From Octopus vulgaris (Eukaryota): DNA of 64,000 nt. Below, piece after piece: positions 41,726 through 55,712 of the stretch (positions are counted from its first letter, which is position 1; the number at the start of each line of letters is the position of its first letter). The translations under genes and the position numbers were made by a program. Under the pieces are notes generated by a model. That model was not told the DNA's origin, searched no databases, and saw nothing but the letters and a program-made list of their open reading frames with translations. The DNA is taken from positions 63,302,001-63,366,000 of the forward strand of contig OX597814.1 in the NCBI GenBank assembly GCA_951406725.2. Direction: 5' to 3'.

Positions 41726-42003
41726 TATACATAAATACATTACAAAAGTCTCAATAGACATTTTAAGATCTACAAAGCTCAGTACTTAACTGCAGCACTT
41801 GGTGGTCCAAAGTAGATCTACTTTATGTGGGTGTCTTTTCAAAATATTGTCTGGTTTAAAACGCCACATCAGACGGCATGATAGTTCTGAAGTGTAAGTG
41901 TTGGTTAAACTCTTTATAAGAAGTAGACAACCAGCATACACACACACACACACACACACACACGCACGCACATACACACACATACATCCATACATATATA
42001 CAT

Positions 42004-42035
<32 letters not shown>

Positions 42036-43044
42036 GTATACACACACACACCTATGTATATGTATATATATATCTATGTTTGTCTGTGTTTGTTACACCA
42101 TCATCGCTTGACAACCAGTGTTGGTGTGCTCACCTTCCAGTCACTAAGTAGTTCGGATTACCTGCCGATAGAATAAACGCTAAGCTTAAAAACACTTCAA
42201 GGCGGTGCTCCAGCATAGCCGCAGTCAAATGCCTGAAGCAAATGTAAAAGATAAAAGAATATATATAATTTCTTCAAAATGATCTTACTGAATATCAATA
42301 ATCTTTGAATTTACTGAAGACAGAGGAAGTATAATTCATTGAAATGTAAATTATTTTTAGAGCATAAGAATAAATTTTCTAACGAATACAATTGACTGGA
42401 ATGTTGTGTAAGAAGACAAAATACGTATATCTACTATATTATCTAGCTTTTAAGTAATTTTCCCCCTCGCAAGGAAAATATACTGCAAATTATTTCTGTG
42501 CACATTTTAGTCTTGTTTCCTCTGACGAAAAGTATAAATAATTTTTTCTTTTGCCTTCATAATCTTTTTTGAAATCATAATTATATTTGAATCACCCATT
42601 CATGTACCTTTCGCGTTTATTAGCTTTGTAATTTATTATCGAAAAAAATCGTAAGTTAACAAAATTCTAATGACAATATGTTGAAAAAAGCTGAAAAGCA
42701 TTAGCAAGGTACACTCTTATTTGGCGATGTCAACTAGCTTCATTTTGAGGCTTCTAATATTTTTCAGTTAATGTTTTAACACATGGTCCATGCTGAAGGA
42801 TAAATGATCCAAATAGCTGTTTCACAGATAATATCTAATTAGAAATTTTTAATTTGACAATATCTTCGGGTTAGGTTTGATTCTACATCTTACAGCGAAA
42901 TTTCATACGTTCTCTTCAATGACATTTACGATTACATTTAATGACATATCGCTCACAAAATGTGGGTTCTCTTGAAACTATAGCTGAAAGACATATTCAT
43001 AAATAGACACAAACAGATACAAAGATATACGCCTGCACACTTTT

Positions 43045-43094
<50 letters not shown>

Positions 43095-43128
43095 GTATGT
43101 ATATACATGTATATATATATGTATATAT

Positions 43129-43212
<84 letters not shown>

Positions 43213-45110
43213 TCACACTTGCACACACACACATATATATATATATATATACACGTGTATATGTGTGTGCAGATGTATAAATATAAACATGAAACTGTAG
43301 GCAAGAGAAAGAATATAAAGCTTTAGAATGTCTACTCATTATACGCTGGATTGTATTGGTGCATGTAGTGATACTACAAATAGGACAATAGCTAGACAAC
43401 ATTAAGTATTAGTGATGGGAAATTATTGTGCACATTATGTATTCAAATATTACTCATAATCAATTTCCTGATTATTTTTAAACAGATTCAAACGCTTGCT
43501 ATTAGTTTCAATATAATCAGCACCTGCTGTTATTTCATTCAAACATATATTGTGATGCAATGTTTACTGTCAAATTCAGAAGGAAAAAAAATCGAAACAA
43601 AACAAAGTAGGACATTGAAATATTGGGAAAGCAAGACGGGTGAAAAGGAAATCTGAAAAAAATTAAAGGAAAAGAGAAAATTGAGAAACAAATCAAAGGA
43701 ACAAATGCGCAAGTATAAGAAAGGGAGAGATTTAAGATATTAAGATATAGAGAAAGAAAATTGTGTGTGGGAGGGAAAAGAGATGATTAAAATTAAGTCA
43801 GAGTGAGTAACAGAGTAAAAACAATGTATATAATGGCACAGCGAAAGCAAATATTCAGAAATACAAGAGAAAATTAGTCACTGTGATATAGAGGCCATTG
43901 TGAGAGAGAGAGAGAGAGCGAAGAGACACACAAAGAGATAGAGAGAGAGAGAGAGCGCGGAGGGGAGAGAGATAGGAGAAATATATGGAATAAACAGCAG
44001 TAATAAAAAGGAGTAAAGGTGTATTGGATTAGATAAAGAGAGATGAGGAGAGAGATAAGACAGACATACTGGGATAAAGAGAATTGTGTAACTCAAAAGA
44101 AAAACGGGGAAATAGAGCAACATAGAGAGAGAAAAAATATGAATCATAAGAAATAAAGTGTTTGCAATAAAAAAAAAAAAAAGTGAATATGACAATGATT
44201 ATGAAGATGACAGTAAAAATAATACTAATAATGCTTCAAGAGCAAGGGAAATAAAAATAAAATGAAAATGAATTAGAATTTTGAGAGAATAGATAAACAG
44301 AAACTGATAAATAGCATCAAAAATAAAAATGGATAAAATAATGTACAAGATAATATGCAAAAAGCAACAAAAACAAACAACAACTTAACAGGATTTAACT
44401 AAAAGATAAGATTGGTTTATTAAAGTGCAAAATCAATGGTGCTACTGTCAATGCAGTTATTTCTTCCAGAAATAATCATATTTTCTAAAATTAGCACAAA
44501 GACTCAAATTTCTGTTGGTCATTACATTAAATTTTAATTGACCATCACCAGGACTTCGCAGGTATTGATATCACCGATTACAAAATAATTAACAGCAAAT
44601 TCAGTCCAAGCAGTAGCATTTGAATTCTAAATTTAAGCAAAACATAAGTAAACAGGCAGGACATTTTCTACTAATTTGCACAATATGGTGATTTTGTACT
44701 CGCGAGAATAGTATATGGCTGTTATTTGATTACTTTATGAATCCTAAATGGATGAGAGCGAGTGAACTAGTGGTTAGGGTGTTGCACTCACGTGGTTTCA
44801 ACTCCCAAATGGGGTAGTGCTTCGTATTCCTGCGCAAATAATATTAGTTTAATAATAGTCCAATTTTTTAACACAAGGCCAGCAATGATTGCGGAGACGT
44901 TAGATCATTAACGCCAGTACATCACTGCCAATATATTTAACAACCCTCATAAAATCACATTCCTAGATTGCTTTCATAATATATATATAATGTTTATACC
45001 GTTCTCCTATGGATGAGTGTGCTTGTATATGTACATATATATACATACACACACATGCATAATAGTGTATATATATATATATATATATATATATGTTTGT
45101 GTGTATGTTT

Positions 45111-45449
45111 AAATTAATAGAGGTCACAAAAGTGACAGAGGGTACTGACTAGCTCTGCTTTTGCTAAAAATAAGAGTTAAAACGACTTAAAATCCATAAA
45201 AGCACTCTCTTAAGGATTGACAAAGGGAGGTAAATGTAAATAGTCGGATCACGATTTCAGATTTTGATGTAGACCATATCAATCCTCAAAATCCGAAATT
45301 GTGATCCGACTAGGTTCGATGGGGACTTACCTCCCCTTGTCAGTCATTCAGACAGTGCTTTTGTGGTTTCTTTTTTAGTTTTAGCTCTTATTTTTATCAG
45401 AATCGGTACTAGTCACTACCCTCTGTTACAATTGTGACCCTATTAATTT
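45111..45449. repeat. ~340-bp imperfect foldback (inverted repeat)
   Basis: AAATTAATAGAGGTCACAA..CAGAGGGTA / TACCCTCTG..TTGTGACCCTATTAATTT; inner TAGTCGGATCACGATTTC / GAAATTGTGATCCGACTA. Confidence 0.85.
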
Positions 45450-45488
45450 GCTTTTAGGTTCTAATTGCTAATCAGCCACACTTTTTTA

Positions 45489-45544
<56 letters not shown>

Positions 45545-45677
45545 AAGGACACAATGAAGTGTCTAGCCGCTAGAAATAAGAGTTAAAATTCTCATTTGGA
45601 CCACCCAAAATTACCCTGACAACCATAAGTGCAACGGTATACGGGCAGGCGAACCGAAAGAGAATTCTCACATACCG

Positions 45678-46854
45678 TCTTTATATATATAAAACTGAGA
45701 ATGTGTGTGTGTCTGTCTGTCTGTCTGTCTGTGTGTTTCCCTAAAACTTGAGAACTACACAACCAATTTCATTCAAATTTTACACATGCCTTACTTATGG
45801 TCCGGGGAGTGTCATCGGCAAAAAATTTAACTTTTTGCCTAGGGCGAACCCACAGCAATATCATATCTTCTCCACTACGATTCCTCAAAACTTGAGAACT
45901 ACACAACCAATTCCATTCAAATTTTACACATGCCTTACTTAGGGTCCATGTAGTTTCATGGGCAAAAACAAATGTTCAACTTCTTGCCTAGGGCGAGCCC
46001 ATAGCAATATCATATCTTCTCCACTATTTCAGTATTAAGTGCTAAAAGTGAATCAAAAACGTTTCTCTATTTTATGTCAGATACTTTCACTTTAACAATA
46101 AAAATAATAATAACAATTGAATTATATGTAGTAAGTAATAATTAAAATCAAACTAAAGTAACATAACAAAAGTAAAAATAGCAATTGGTATAAAATTGCA
46201 TCAATGATTTGAACTTGAATAAGTGGTTTCACATGAATGGGAATAAATGAAAAATAAAATTAGCGTGCAGAAATGGAATAGTCCAGATGGATAATAAAAA
46301 AATAAATTAAAGAAAAGATTATTGTCTATAAAGTATACAATGTAGGGAAAAAAGATTTGAATACCTGGAGGAAAGCACCTTCGAAAAGTGTCTTGGTGCG
46401 ACTATGAAAGGTATCTAATCAGAGGCGGTAAATTCGCCACAATAGAAGCAAGGTTCTAGTAAACGGAGCGTGCAAGGGAGTACTCGACTCGAACTTGCAA
46501 AGTGGAAATATTTCATTTTTACTTTTATACCTGGGACGTAGGACGTCCCGGAAAAAAAATTTAAATGCCCCTCCCTCCACCAGAAGTAGAGGTAGGCTGG
46601 ATTGTAGCCACACTTCTATACAAGAGGGAGGACAAGATACAATTGATCGAAATTACAAGAGACAGGCTAACAATTCCAGTCTGTTATATATTTTCAGTAT
46701 TGTTACCACTAGCGATATCAAGATATAACTTTGTATTTTGTATTTTATGTGTAGATGTATATATATAGATGTACATGTAATATGTACACATATATATACA
46801 CATATATACATGCACTAGCATTATGACCCGGCAACGACGGGTCTTTAATGCTAG
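45678..46854 (+). mobile_element. Non-autonomous Helitron-like element with internal ~144-bp direct duplication
   Basis: 5' TCTTTATATATATAAAA, (GTCT)n, 3' hairpin GACCCG-GCAACGA-CGGGTC then CTAG|T. Confidence 0.75.
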
Positions 46855-48676
46855 TTATAACATAAAGCTATATATTTAATGGAAGAAGTATATATGTAGA
46901 TCGGTTCTTGGTTTGACACAATGTTCGTACCTTCCCCAGCACATCTTGATCTTTAGCAACATCACCTCAGTCCGCCACGTTTTAAATCTGCTAGCGTCCT
47001 TAATTGCTTAGCGCCAAAATGTGGACAGCCTGAGTATGAAAATATTAATCAGCAGCAAAAATATTCAGAATTGAATATTTTTGTAGATATTAATATTCAT
47101 ATTAATATACGTGGTTGCAGGCCTAAATCAGCGTTACATAGCTATAAAGGTAAAATTATATTAATCAAAGGACACAATGAAGTATCTACCCGTTGCAAAT
47201 AAGAGTTAAAGCTTTCCTTTGATAAACCAAAAAGTACACAGCAAACAGAGGCACAATAGCATGAGGCTATTGTAAAAGATGCAATGGGACTGGTTTTGAT
47301 AATAAAATTTCACAATGTGTTCGCTGTTCAGTAATGTACTTTTCAGCACTTAAATTTTAGGGTCTTCTTTTTATAAATCTGAAACAAAATAAGGAACCAT
47401 GTGGTTGGGAAGCAACTGTCCCTATATACATATAAAAAAACTATTTATTCTTACTTATTTAAGCTAGAAGACAACAATCCATATGATAAAATGCTGTTAC
47501 AATTATACCTGCTCTTTTTTCATAATTATTTATATAAGCATAATCTAACTGATGATATCTATAAATAAAGAAATAAATCAAGCAACACGTTAGCAAAATC
47601 CCCACCTTGTTCACAAATGATGCCCTTTCAGATTCAGCTATACAACTAAAATAATCTGAATGAAAATATATCTCAAACAGTTTATACATTTAAATCTGGC
47701 GAAAATATTAACCTTTATTCTGAGTTAACTATCAAATTACATGTAACTGTATATAGACGTAATAATCAAGGTTGGTGGTGTTTCGGTCACCCGTAACTGT
47801 GGCTATGAATAAAGTATAAAGTAAAATTATCACTTTTTCTTGCGCATCTCATATTATATGATAAACATATCCAGTGTTTTTCATCTAATTTGGAGTTACG
47901 GAAAGAAATCTTTATATAAGCGAGGAAGTATGAAACAAAGGCTAACTAAAAGTCTGAAAACAAGCATGGGCGTTTATGAAAATGCTTTGGTGTTTAAGAG
48001 GGTTAAGAATGAAGTATATGAAATATATAAACAAAATGATTCGAATCGTTATGGTTTCACGAGGAGGCAGACCCTACTACAGATTATATGATATACAGAG
48101 CTTGTTAACATCGAACACGGCAAAAGGAAATACGTTGGTGTAAAAAGAAGTTGCACGCTTGGCACCATTGCAGTTAAAAAGAAGAGAAGTCATTAGAAAG
48201 GAAATAATTATTGAACTACTAATGAGATGATTATAAATCTAATATATTACCATTTGCTCCTTTCACTTAAGGACTGCGGGGCACCGCTGTGCAAAGTTTT
48301 GCTCATACAAATATGTTTTTTAATCTGGCACTTATTCTCATTGTTTCTTTTGCCAAACTACGTAACGCGGATGTAAAATAAAACAGCACCATTGTCACGG
48401 GAGGATCAAACACAGACACAAAGCACACAAGCTTACATACACCCCCCACACGCGCGCAAACACACACACATATATGTATGCATGTATTATGTATCTATCT
48501 ATCGATCTATCTGTCTATCTATTTATCTATCTATCTATCTGTCTCTGTCTGTCTGCCTGTCTGTCTGTCTGTCTCTCTATATATATACATATATATGTAG
48601 TAAGAAAAGGGATGAAGAGAATTTCGATTATCCCCATATGGTGATTTGTATTGCGAAAAGTTATATATAGATACAC

Positions 48677-49584
48677 AATAAAAGAAGGAAAATGCACACA
48701 GTTTACATAGTTTTAGTATATTTTAAATGACCGGTTTCGCTTTCACTAATCATGACATTGAAATTATTGTGATTTCGTATTTTCTTTAGACGTTTTCGTC
48801 TATGTTCTTGTACGAAAGTTTGTGAATGAATCAACATATAGGAAAAATCTACAAAAGTCAGCAAACAGAATAAATCTGACAAATGCAAAGCTATACGCAA
48901 CAACCACGAAACCAACGGTTAAGAAATGTGAACGTCCAAACTATGGAATATAACCCAACCTAATACAAAGCTCGGAATTCCAATTCAAACAAGGAAAGAG
49001 TTTCACAATTAAGACCAACTTCACTTGTGCATCCAACATTTTAATTTATGCTATAACTTGTTCAGGTTGTGGACACAACGATAGAGGACAGATACGAATG
49101 TCACTTAGACAGAAACACACTGCATAAGTAACTACCAATGCAAAGAAACAATTTCCGTAGAAGCACGTTTAAATAAAGAAAATATATTTATCGAAAAATA
49201 CAGAACACGCCTAATCATGAACGCATAACCAACTTTGGTCTCAGTATATATTTTAATTCATGATCACATATTCATCACTGTAAATATTTCACTACTTTAG
49301 CTCATGAGCTACTGTTATGTTTATTTATCCCATACCAAAAGTAAGCAATTGCCTCTCCCGTCCCGAATAATATCTATCACCATTTACCTCCCCTTAAATT
49401 TTTCTTCTTGTGTATTCAGTCACAAACTTTCATACAAGAACATGGACTAAAAACTTCTTAACAAATACGAAATCCCAATAATTTCAATGTCATGAGTAGA
49501 TAATGCGAAACCGGTCGATTACCACAATACTCTTTCATTTGAAATATACTAAAATTATGTAAACTGTGTGCATTTTCCTTCGTT

Positions 49585-49589
<5 letters not shown>
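48677..49589 (+). mobile_element. Penelope-like element remnant: GIY-YIG endonuclease fragment between inverted pLTR-like ends
   Basis: KKCERPN..FTIKTNFTCASNILIYAITCSGCGHNDRGQ..LRQ (~48918-49110); inverted arms ~48677-48831 / ~49416-49589; degenerate HHR GAAACCGGUC. Confidence 0.8.
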
Positions 49590-49615
<26 letters not shown>

Positions 49616-49991
49616 CAAAGTTATTATAAATGGCGATAGCATGATGAAATTTATTAAACTATAAGAAAATTCAAATATCATGACAAATTGTTTCGTAACT
49701 TAAAGCATGTAACATGTAAAGATAATTAATTTAATGATATATAAATTACTTGCATATCTGCAATAATAAAAAAAATCATTTAAAACATTGCCGAAGTCAA
49801 GCTACTTCTTAAGACTTTTGTCTTTCACCTGATGATGTAGTTTAATTTCAGCGTTGTTTTAAAGAGCAACATGCTACATTGTATTATTGCAGGCATGTAA
49901 GTAATTTATTTATTAACTATATTGAATTATATTATCTGTACATGTGATATTTGTTGTGATATTTGAATTTTGTTATTCTTTTATTTTTCTT

Positions 49992-50244
49992 TCATTTGCT
50001 TCAGTCATTTGACTCTGTCCATGCTGCAGCACCGCCTTTAATCGAACAAATCGACTCCAGGACTTATTCTTTGCAAGCCTAGTACTTATTCCATTGGTCT
50101 CTTTTCCGAACTGCTAAGTTACCTAAACACACCAACACTGGTTGTCAAGCGGTGGTGGGGGACAAACACAGACACACAAATACATACATACATGCATACA
50201 TACATACATGCAAACATACATACATACATACATACATACTCTCT

Positions 50245-50309
<65 letters not shown>

Positions 50310-50500
50310 GACGGGCTTTCAGTTTCCGCCTACCAAATCTACTCAGGAGGCTTTGTTCGTCCTGAGGCTATAGTAGAAGACACTTCCCTGCGCCTTGTTA
50401 CCACACAGCCACGCCTGCGCCTTGTTACCGCATAGTCACGCCTCTGCTTTCTTACCACACAGCCACATAGGCGCCTTCTTACCACAAAACCACGCCCGTA
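49992..50500 (-). mobile_element. Octopus-type SINE with tandemly multiplied 5' head
   Basis: Homologous to 53100-53508; four 27-bp head repeats at 50387-50494. Confidence 0.75.
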
Positions 50501-51928
50501 CCTTATAGTTAAAGATAATTTTATCATGCTATTTCTCTCGGCATTTATAAATTTATAGACCCCTTATCGTTTTCTCTTGTATCGTACTATATATTCTATG
50601 TTTTGTAGAATGATACAGTATATATATATAGTATATATATATATATATAGTGTGTGTGTGTGTGTGTGTTTGTGTGTGTGTGTGCGCGCGCGCATGTGTA
50701 TGCAAATCCACACACACAGAATTAAACGGTGCGAGGGCTACAGTAGAAGTTACTGCGCAGTGGGATTAAGTCGGAAAATACGTAAACACAAAGGAAGCTT
50801 CTTAATCACATAACCATGAGAACTATTTTTACTGAAGGTGAAGTTATGCATGAATTAGGATTCTGAGAGTAAAGAACAGAGTACCATAATTCATGTGCTA
50901 AGATGCTGCTGCTGTGGATTTGTTACCTTTATGTAGAAGTATGCAATTTCAAATTCTTTTGCAAATATCCATCATTCCTGCGAATATTACCGTATGAAAG
51001 TTGTTTTTTCTTGTTTTTAGAGAAATCTTTTGTTTACTCGATATGGATGATGATGGAAAAAATAGTTTTCTAGAAAGAAATGGAAACTATGCACCATTGA
51101 ATAAAATACTCCTAACTATACTGTCTGAATATATTACTGACGTTCCACCGTTAGAGTTCCAGAAGAGCAGAGAAGCAAAATAGAATATTTTTAAGTAAAA
51201 AGGGGACGAAAACAGAAAAAAAAAAGATAACGGAAATGAAAACAAAATCTGGGGCAATATCAACGACTACAAGTACTCTTAGAATGAATTTTTGAGGAAG
51301 AGTCATTGGAAAATATTTGAATCATCTGTTTAACATTGCTGCTTATTTTTTTGTCTTCCTGCATCGTTTGTAGCGATTAGCAGTTCACTTCTATCTATCC
51401 TATTCGTTCCGATTTGCAAAACATATCTGTTATACAACAATAAAGGAGGCACTAGACGTGAATACGTACAAGTAGACACATACAGACAAAACACTAACCA
51501 TAGAGTGAATAAATCTCAATGCGAGCCTGACATGAAGTAATGCATAGTTTGTAACGTCTCATATTAAAAGTTTCTTCCAGTAAGAAATACCTCCATCAAT
51601 CATGCCTACACAATATGCGAAACAAGATCTGCTTAAAAAAAAAAGAGGTTCTACAAAACTAAAACAGATGAAAAGGGCAACATGCTACACTATTGCCAAC
51701 TTTGTGAGGATGTCCTCTGAAAACAGGGATGATACCGTAGCCAGAGAAAATGGCATTAGCATAGAACAGAAAAAGGGGAACAATAAAGATGAACGCATTT
51801 AGATGCATGAATCAGGTGGGACCTCGGAACAAAGACAATAACCTAATTGAAATAACCAACCAGATATTCTTCAAGCTGCTCAAAATAAATGTTTCTATAT
51901 GATTGTAAAACGACGAAAATCTACACGT

Positions 51929-52226
51929 CAGCTCGTGGGAGGGGGTTAAGTTGACTACATCAACTCCAGTGCTTAACTGATAGTTATTTAATCGACTCCG
52001 AAAGGATGAAAAGCAATGTCGACCTTGGCAAACACATTTTGTGTGTTTATTATATGCAAAGACTACTTAGGATAGTACACAGTCCTAAGTAGTATTTGCA
52101 TATAATAAACACACAAGATGTGTTTGCCAAGGTCGACTTTGCCTTTCATTCTTTCGGGATCGATTAAATAAGTATCAGTTAAGCACTGGAGTTGATGTAG
52201 TCAACTTAACCACCTCCCACGAGCTG
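51929..52226. repeat. ~298-bp near-perfect hairpin built from a SINE fragment
   Basis: CAGCTCGTGGGAGG...ACTACTTAGGA [~10-nt loop] TCCTAAGTAGT...CCTCCCACGAGCTG. Confidence 0.9.
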
Positions 52227-53099
52227 CCCTTGTGGCAAACACTTGAAATCACTTCAGCTACCCCATTGGATCCTTGATGAGATCTCTGCCATTGGTATTA
52301 AAACCCGAATTCCGAAACCAGTAGTGATACGGGCCAACTCCACCTTAAACCAAGACAGGGAGAAAGCATCTTAATATCATTTCAATCAAACTTTGCATGT
52401 TATCATCATAATACTTCAGCAAAACCTATTAGAACTAAGTATTCAAGGACATCCATGTATCCAGTTTACAGTCATGATCAAATACCATCATGAGGTTTAG
52501 AAAGGAGAGTTTTGGAAAGAATCCCCTGCCTGATGACTAATGGTTCAGAACTAGAGGAAAGTACAACAAACTTAGCGTAACATTTCATATGGTAACGAGC
52601 TGGATGCTCTGTTCATATATGGCTATGTCCGAAATCACTAAAATGAAAGTAACGTACTCAACCAAATTTGTCTGTCTCGAACCAAAACCGGTATATTATA
52701 TTTCATTGAAAGGTATCCTTTTACAACAACCAGCTCATGCATAAAAAAAGGTGAGCGGTTACAGAATCTGTAGAATTAACACAGACTACACATACATTAT
52801 AAAGACTTTCAAAAATTTCTTCATGATACTATCTGCTTGTAGAGAATGATGGAAAGGCAAAGACATTAATGCATTCAGCCCGTAGAAAGGATACTTCTGA
52901 TAAAAAAGTATAGGATTTTACAATATTGTACAGGGCATTCACAAACACAATATGAAAATATTGTAGAGCAATATTATTGTTAAAACGTCAGAAAAAATAT
53001 TGGCAAGACAGGCCAAAAATGATCTGAGATTGAGAGATTAAAATGTGGGGAGTAGAGAAAATCATTTACCCAGAATATACTGCCAGAATATAATAATAT

Positions 53100-53508
53100 T
53101 CTTTTACTCTTTTACTCTTTTACTTGTTTCAGTCATTTGACTGCGGCCGTGCTGGAGCACCGCCTTTAGTCGAGCAAATCGACCCCGGGACTTATTCTTT
53201 TGTAAGCCCAGTACTTATTCTATCGGTCTCTTTTGCCGAACCGCTAAGTAACGGGGACATAAACACACCTGCATCGGTTGTCAAGCAATGCTAGGGGAAC
53301 AAACACAGACACACAAACACATACACACACATATATATATACATATATACGACGGGCTTCTTTCAGTTTCCGTCTACCAAATCCACTCACAAGGCTTTGG
53401 TCGGCCCGGGGCTATAGTAGAAGACACTTGCCTAAGGTGCCACGCAGTGGGACTGAACCCGGAACCATGTGGTTGGTAAACAAGCTACTTACCATACAGC
53501 CACTCCTG
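53100..53508 (-). mobile_element. Full-length octopus-type tRNA SINE
   Basis: Minus-strand head CAGGAGTGGCTGTATGGTAAG..CGGGTTCAGTCCC, internal microsatellite, (GTAAAAGA)n tail. Confidence 0.9.
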
Positions 53509-54021
53509 AGTGAAACACAAAACTTTTTACTAGCTATATAAATTTAAATGAACTGCTTCCGGGCTACAGCATTAGATTTATATCTCTAATAGTTCAAAGC
53601 ACTACAATACATAAATAACGACATTTGCGTAATCTGAAGAAGCAGGAATTCTCAAAACCAAAAAGGACAAGGCGATTAAAAACATTACAATTTAAAAAAT
53701 AGCTTATGTGTGTGCCGATACACGTCTGTTTGTAGACATACAAGCATATTTATATGTTCACACAAATAACGCACTAGCATTGATGTCTATGCCTGTCCGT
53801 CGATATATGTTTGTAGATATGTGCCTCCATGCTTGCATGCAAGCATACATACATAAACAGATACAACACACTTAAATAACCTCGTAAAAATTTCTTTAAA
53901 TAATCCACTTATTGAAAGAAATAAGAATCAGAAATAAGCGAAGTGAGATCTCAACACGAATTCAATCCGAAGTGATGCAATTCAGCTTCCATTTTATATT
54001 CAAGACTCTCTCTCTCTCTCG

Positions 54022-54123
<102 letters not shown>

Positions 54124-54461
54124 ACGCTTACATACGTGTATGAGTGTGCCTGTATGTCTGTCTGATTCCCGTTTCAGAAATATAATTGCTCCGAGAACAT
54201 TTTTATGAAATACTCAAGCTTCCCAGTTACAGACATTTCAGTTGCAGATATTTATAGGTTGGAATGTTTCTGTCTATCTAAGACACAACTATTTTGTATA
54301 CTGTAAACTTAGTGACCTCGACACGCATAAGTAACTTACAGCTGTAATCCTTGTCTAATGTAGCATTGTAAACGATTAACTAGGATGCGATTTCATCTCG
54401 GAATAATTACGTTCGCACGCAAACCACATATACTTAAGCATACACACACACACACACACAT

Positions 54462-54496
<35 letters not shown>

Positions 54497-55712
54497 AGCT
54501 TCTATAGATGTTTATAGGTTGCAGCCGATCCTTTGTGCTCGTTGCTGATGATTTTTTCTGTGCTTTTGACAATTTTAATGTCATCATAACTTTGGGCATC
54601 AGTGTCTACTTTTCTGTTTTATTCAGTTTCAGACTATCCCATAATACCAATAGAAATAGTGTAACTGTATGTTTTTTATCTTTATTTTATACGATATAGT
54701 TTCTTAGTATCTATTAATATAATAATTATGAAGGTATGACAGCAAACTTCATTTATTGTGATAATTTTTTAAAACATAGTTCAGTATGAGTATGAAAGAT
54801 AAACGTAAAGAAAGAGAGAAGATATTGATTTTCAATGTGTATTTGCATTATATAGATATATATATATACATACAAAACGCTCGCACGCATGCTCTCTCAC
54901 GCACCTCATACACACATATACGTATATATATATATATATATATATATGTGTCAAGCCGTACAGAGTCAAAACCTCGCACTGGTTTTGATTTCATGTCCAA
55001 TATCACATTTTTACATAAATGAAAGTGGCTATAATTTTATGTGTAACAAATAGGTTTCTGAAACAAGTCTACACATGCTTATTATTCGACAATCAATGTT
55101 CATAGTTCTAGAGAACAACAACGGATATAATGAGATTTTCGTGGTATTCTCTCGGGAGTTGGCGATATTTGTGCAGTGAACAGTCTAATATGGAAGTGAA
55201 ATTTTAGTTTAGTATACTAAAACTGTAAGGTCCTTGATATATATTGTTAGTAATATAAAACGCCTAAATGTAATCAATAAAATTGCAAAATTTTAATATT
55301 TGAATGAGGAGGTAATTGAGTGTTCGTGAACCGTTATAGGGCTTTCTAGACTGATGAAAAAGAAGATGGTAGGAGCGTATCCTCAATCCAGAATGCTTGT
55401 AACAGAATCAACTCCTCTAAAAGAACCCAACGTGCTAGCATTAAGAACGAGACTTTTATTCTAGCACGCAAGTAAGCCATAACGTGATTCGAACTCCGAC
55501 CTCAGTACACAGAGTATATGCTTTAACGTTTTCATAGCTCTGTTAGTGCACTGCCTTGAATTGTAAATTTGTTATCTATAGCCTCAGTATAAAATGTCAA
55601 CTTGAACCCGGCGGAATTTGAACAGGTACTACGAAATATTCTGCCCAACGCTCTGCGAGAGTGCCAATTCGCCCCATCAAACGCATTGTCTTTCCATTAT
55701 TTATTTGCAGCT

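Noticed and set aside
45541-47220. ~55-bp diverged direct repeat (45541, 47164); similar pair at ~62941/63265
   Set aside because: Short, diverged local duplications or repeat fragments; no further structure seen
52530-52570. CUGAUGA...GAAAGUAC motif
   Set aside because: No U16.1/NUH site and no stem I
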